The notes under the pieces: model-generated
Databases searched by the model: none
Seen by the model: the letters and a program-made list of their open reading frames with translations, nothing else
What the model was told of the DNA's origin: nothing
Position numbers and translations under genes: made by a program
From: an uncultured Alphaproteobacteria bacterium
GTDB lineage: Bacteria; Pseudomonadota; Alphaproteobacteria; RF32; CAG-239
Reading direction: 5' to 3'
NCBI GenBank assembly: GCA_944391685.1
Contig: CALXUM010000003.1
Location: forward strand, 9,481 to 73,480
DNA: 64,000 nucleotides
Shown: one piece after another, positions 63,225 through 64,000 of the stretch
How positions within the stretch are numbered: the first letter of the stretch is position 1
Layout of the letters: every line of letters starts with the position of its first letter

Positions 63225-63899
63225 TTATATATAGAAATACCCTGCTAGGTTTACCATTTGTAAATTAGGGGAATCCCAAGTGGAAAAGATTTCTCCCGAT
63301 AAGCTATTGCCGTGAATAACGCGAACACTTAGGCCTAATAAGCTAAGTTGCGTATAAGTCATGCAGACACATAACTCATCAATATCAGTGGCCTCAATAT
63401 ATAATTTGCCGCCCAGCTTTTCATATCCGCGATTTTGCAGACATTTAACCAATCCCAAAACCATAGCTCCAGATCCGCAGGTTGGCTCGGCAACGCGACA
63501 ATATCCTTTTTCTTGAATTGCTTTTTCTAAATTTTCATTAAAAGTTATTTCTGCCATAAACTCGCAGATGTGCGACGGAGTGAAGAATTGTCCTCTGTAA
63601 TGCTGTCCTAAATTTAATCTCGCAAATATTGTTCCCAGATAATCTTTTGGGCTTTCTAATAATAATCTTGCTAAAATGGCCATAAGGCTTGGAAAATATT
63701 CATTGAAAACAGCTTTATCATATTTATTCGCAATATTCTTAAATTCTTGCTCTCGTGAAATAAACAAATCCCTGTAATAGCTTTGAGCCATAACAGGGGC
63801 ATCCTTAAAGGTATTGTGTAATGAACAACTGCAAATTTTACAAAAATCTTCAAAAACTTTATATACTGGGTAATAACTTAATCCGGAGATTGCTTCCAA
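63225..63899 (-). CDS. N6-adenine DNA methyltransferase-like fragment (motifs X, I, II present; NPPY/F absent)
   Basis: GQFFTPSHICEFMAEI, AEPTCGSGAMVLG, EATDIDE, GNSL, then a stop 26 codons later without motif IV. Only a TTG start. The reading frame is open upstream to 63956. Confidence 0.55.
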   Translation of the reverse strand: MEAISGLSYYPVYKVFEDFCKICSCSLHNTFKDAPVMAQSYYRDLFISREQEFKNIANKYDKAVFNEYFPSLMAILARLLLESPKDYLGTIFARLNLGQHYRGQFFTPSHICEFMAEITFNENLEKAIQEKGYCRVAEPTCGSGAMVLGLVKCLQNRGYEKLGGKLYIEATDIDELCVCMTYTQLSLLGLSVRVIHGNSLSGEIFSTWDSPNLQMVNLAGYFYI

Positions 63900-63922
63900 T
63901 CTCCGGATTATGCTGTCTTCAT

Positions 63923-64000
63923 TTATTTTTTCGACTTCTTTTTGCTCGATTTTTTTTTAGATTTTTTGACTTTCTTAGATTTTACATTACAAATTTCTTC
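63923..64000 (-). CDS. 3' end of an ORF entering from beyond the window (Lys-rich tail)
   Basis: The minus strand reads EEICNVKSKKVKKSKKKSSKKKSKK-stop. This frame differs by one from the methylase-like ORF. Confidence 0.3.
   Translation of the reverse strand, partial: EEICNVKSKKVKKSKKKSSKKKSKK

Noticed and set aside
1-64000. CRISPR arrays, rRNA genes, tmRNA next to smpB, IS elements with transposases, integrases.
   Set aside because: I found no regularly spaced short direct repeats, no rRNA-like stretches, no tmRNA-like structure in the short smpB downstream region, and no transposase or integrase motifs in any ORF of the window.

Overview
This 64-kb chromosomal window looks alphaproteobacterial. 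Supporting gene order: an atpI-B-E-F'-F operon with both b and b' subunits, pal-cpoB-tilS-smpB, psd-pssA, ftsEX next to an MJ0042-type zinc-ribbon protein, DUF721/DciA-dsbA, and the flagellar genes fliL-fliM and fliO-fliP. I cannot name the species. Core genes run at roughly 40-55% GC on the few 60-nt lines I hand-counted, with a GAA/AAA/GAT/TAT codon bias and clear Shine-Dalgarno sites. Several very AT-rich accessory patches and one patch with foreign codon usage interrupt this core.

Main hunt results:
1. 43.8-48.3 kb: a polymorphic-toxin-like array. One conserved 5' coding module occurs four times. Three copies are fused to different C-terminal domains (T4-lysozyme-like, GH108 muramidase-like, serum-amyloid-A-like) and the fourth is a stump. 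Each of the three variable ends is followed by its own small exported or membrane protein, and the cassettes are separated by conserved junction repeats.
2. 21.3-25.1 kb: a roughly 1050-aa protein with a prepilin/TadE-type N-terminus sits between fliL and fliP.
3. 32.7-36.2 kb: a two-gene block between an alpha-type OMP gene and ppdK has Bacteroidota hallmarks (FTSC lipobox plus a CSKDD surface-export signal, NNC/GAG codon usage, no SD).
4. 9.2-12.0 kb: two AT-rich cassettes (three ORFs) downstream of tRNA-Leu(TAA), each bounded by a copy of the tRNA 3' end plus its terminator flank.
5. 61.5-64 kb: an orphan 3' half of a tRNA-Thr-like gene marks an island boundary. The island carries a nuclease-like gene and a truncated N6-methylase-like gene interrupted at an A9 tract.

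All protein family calls come from motif recognition by eye. No database search was run.
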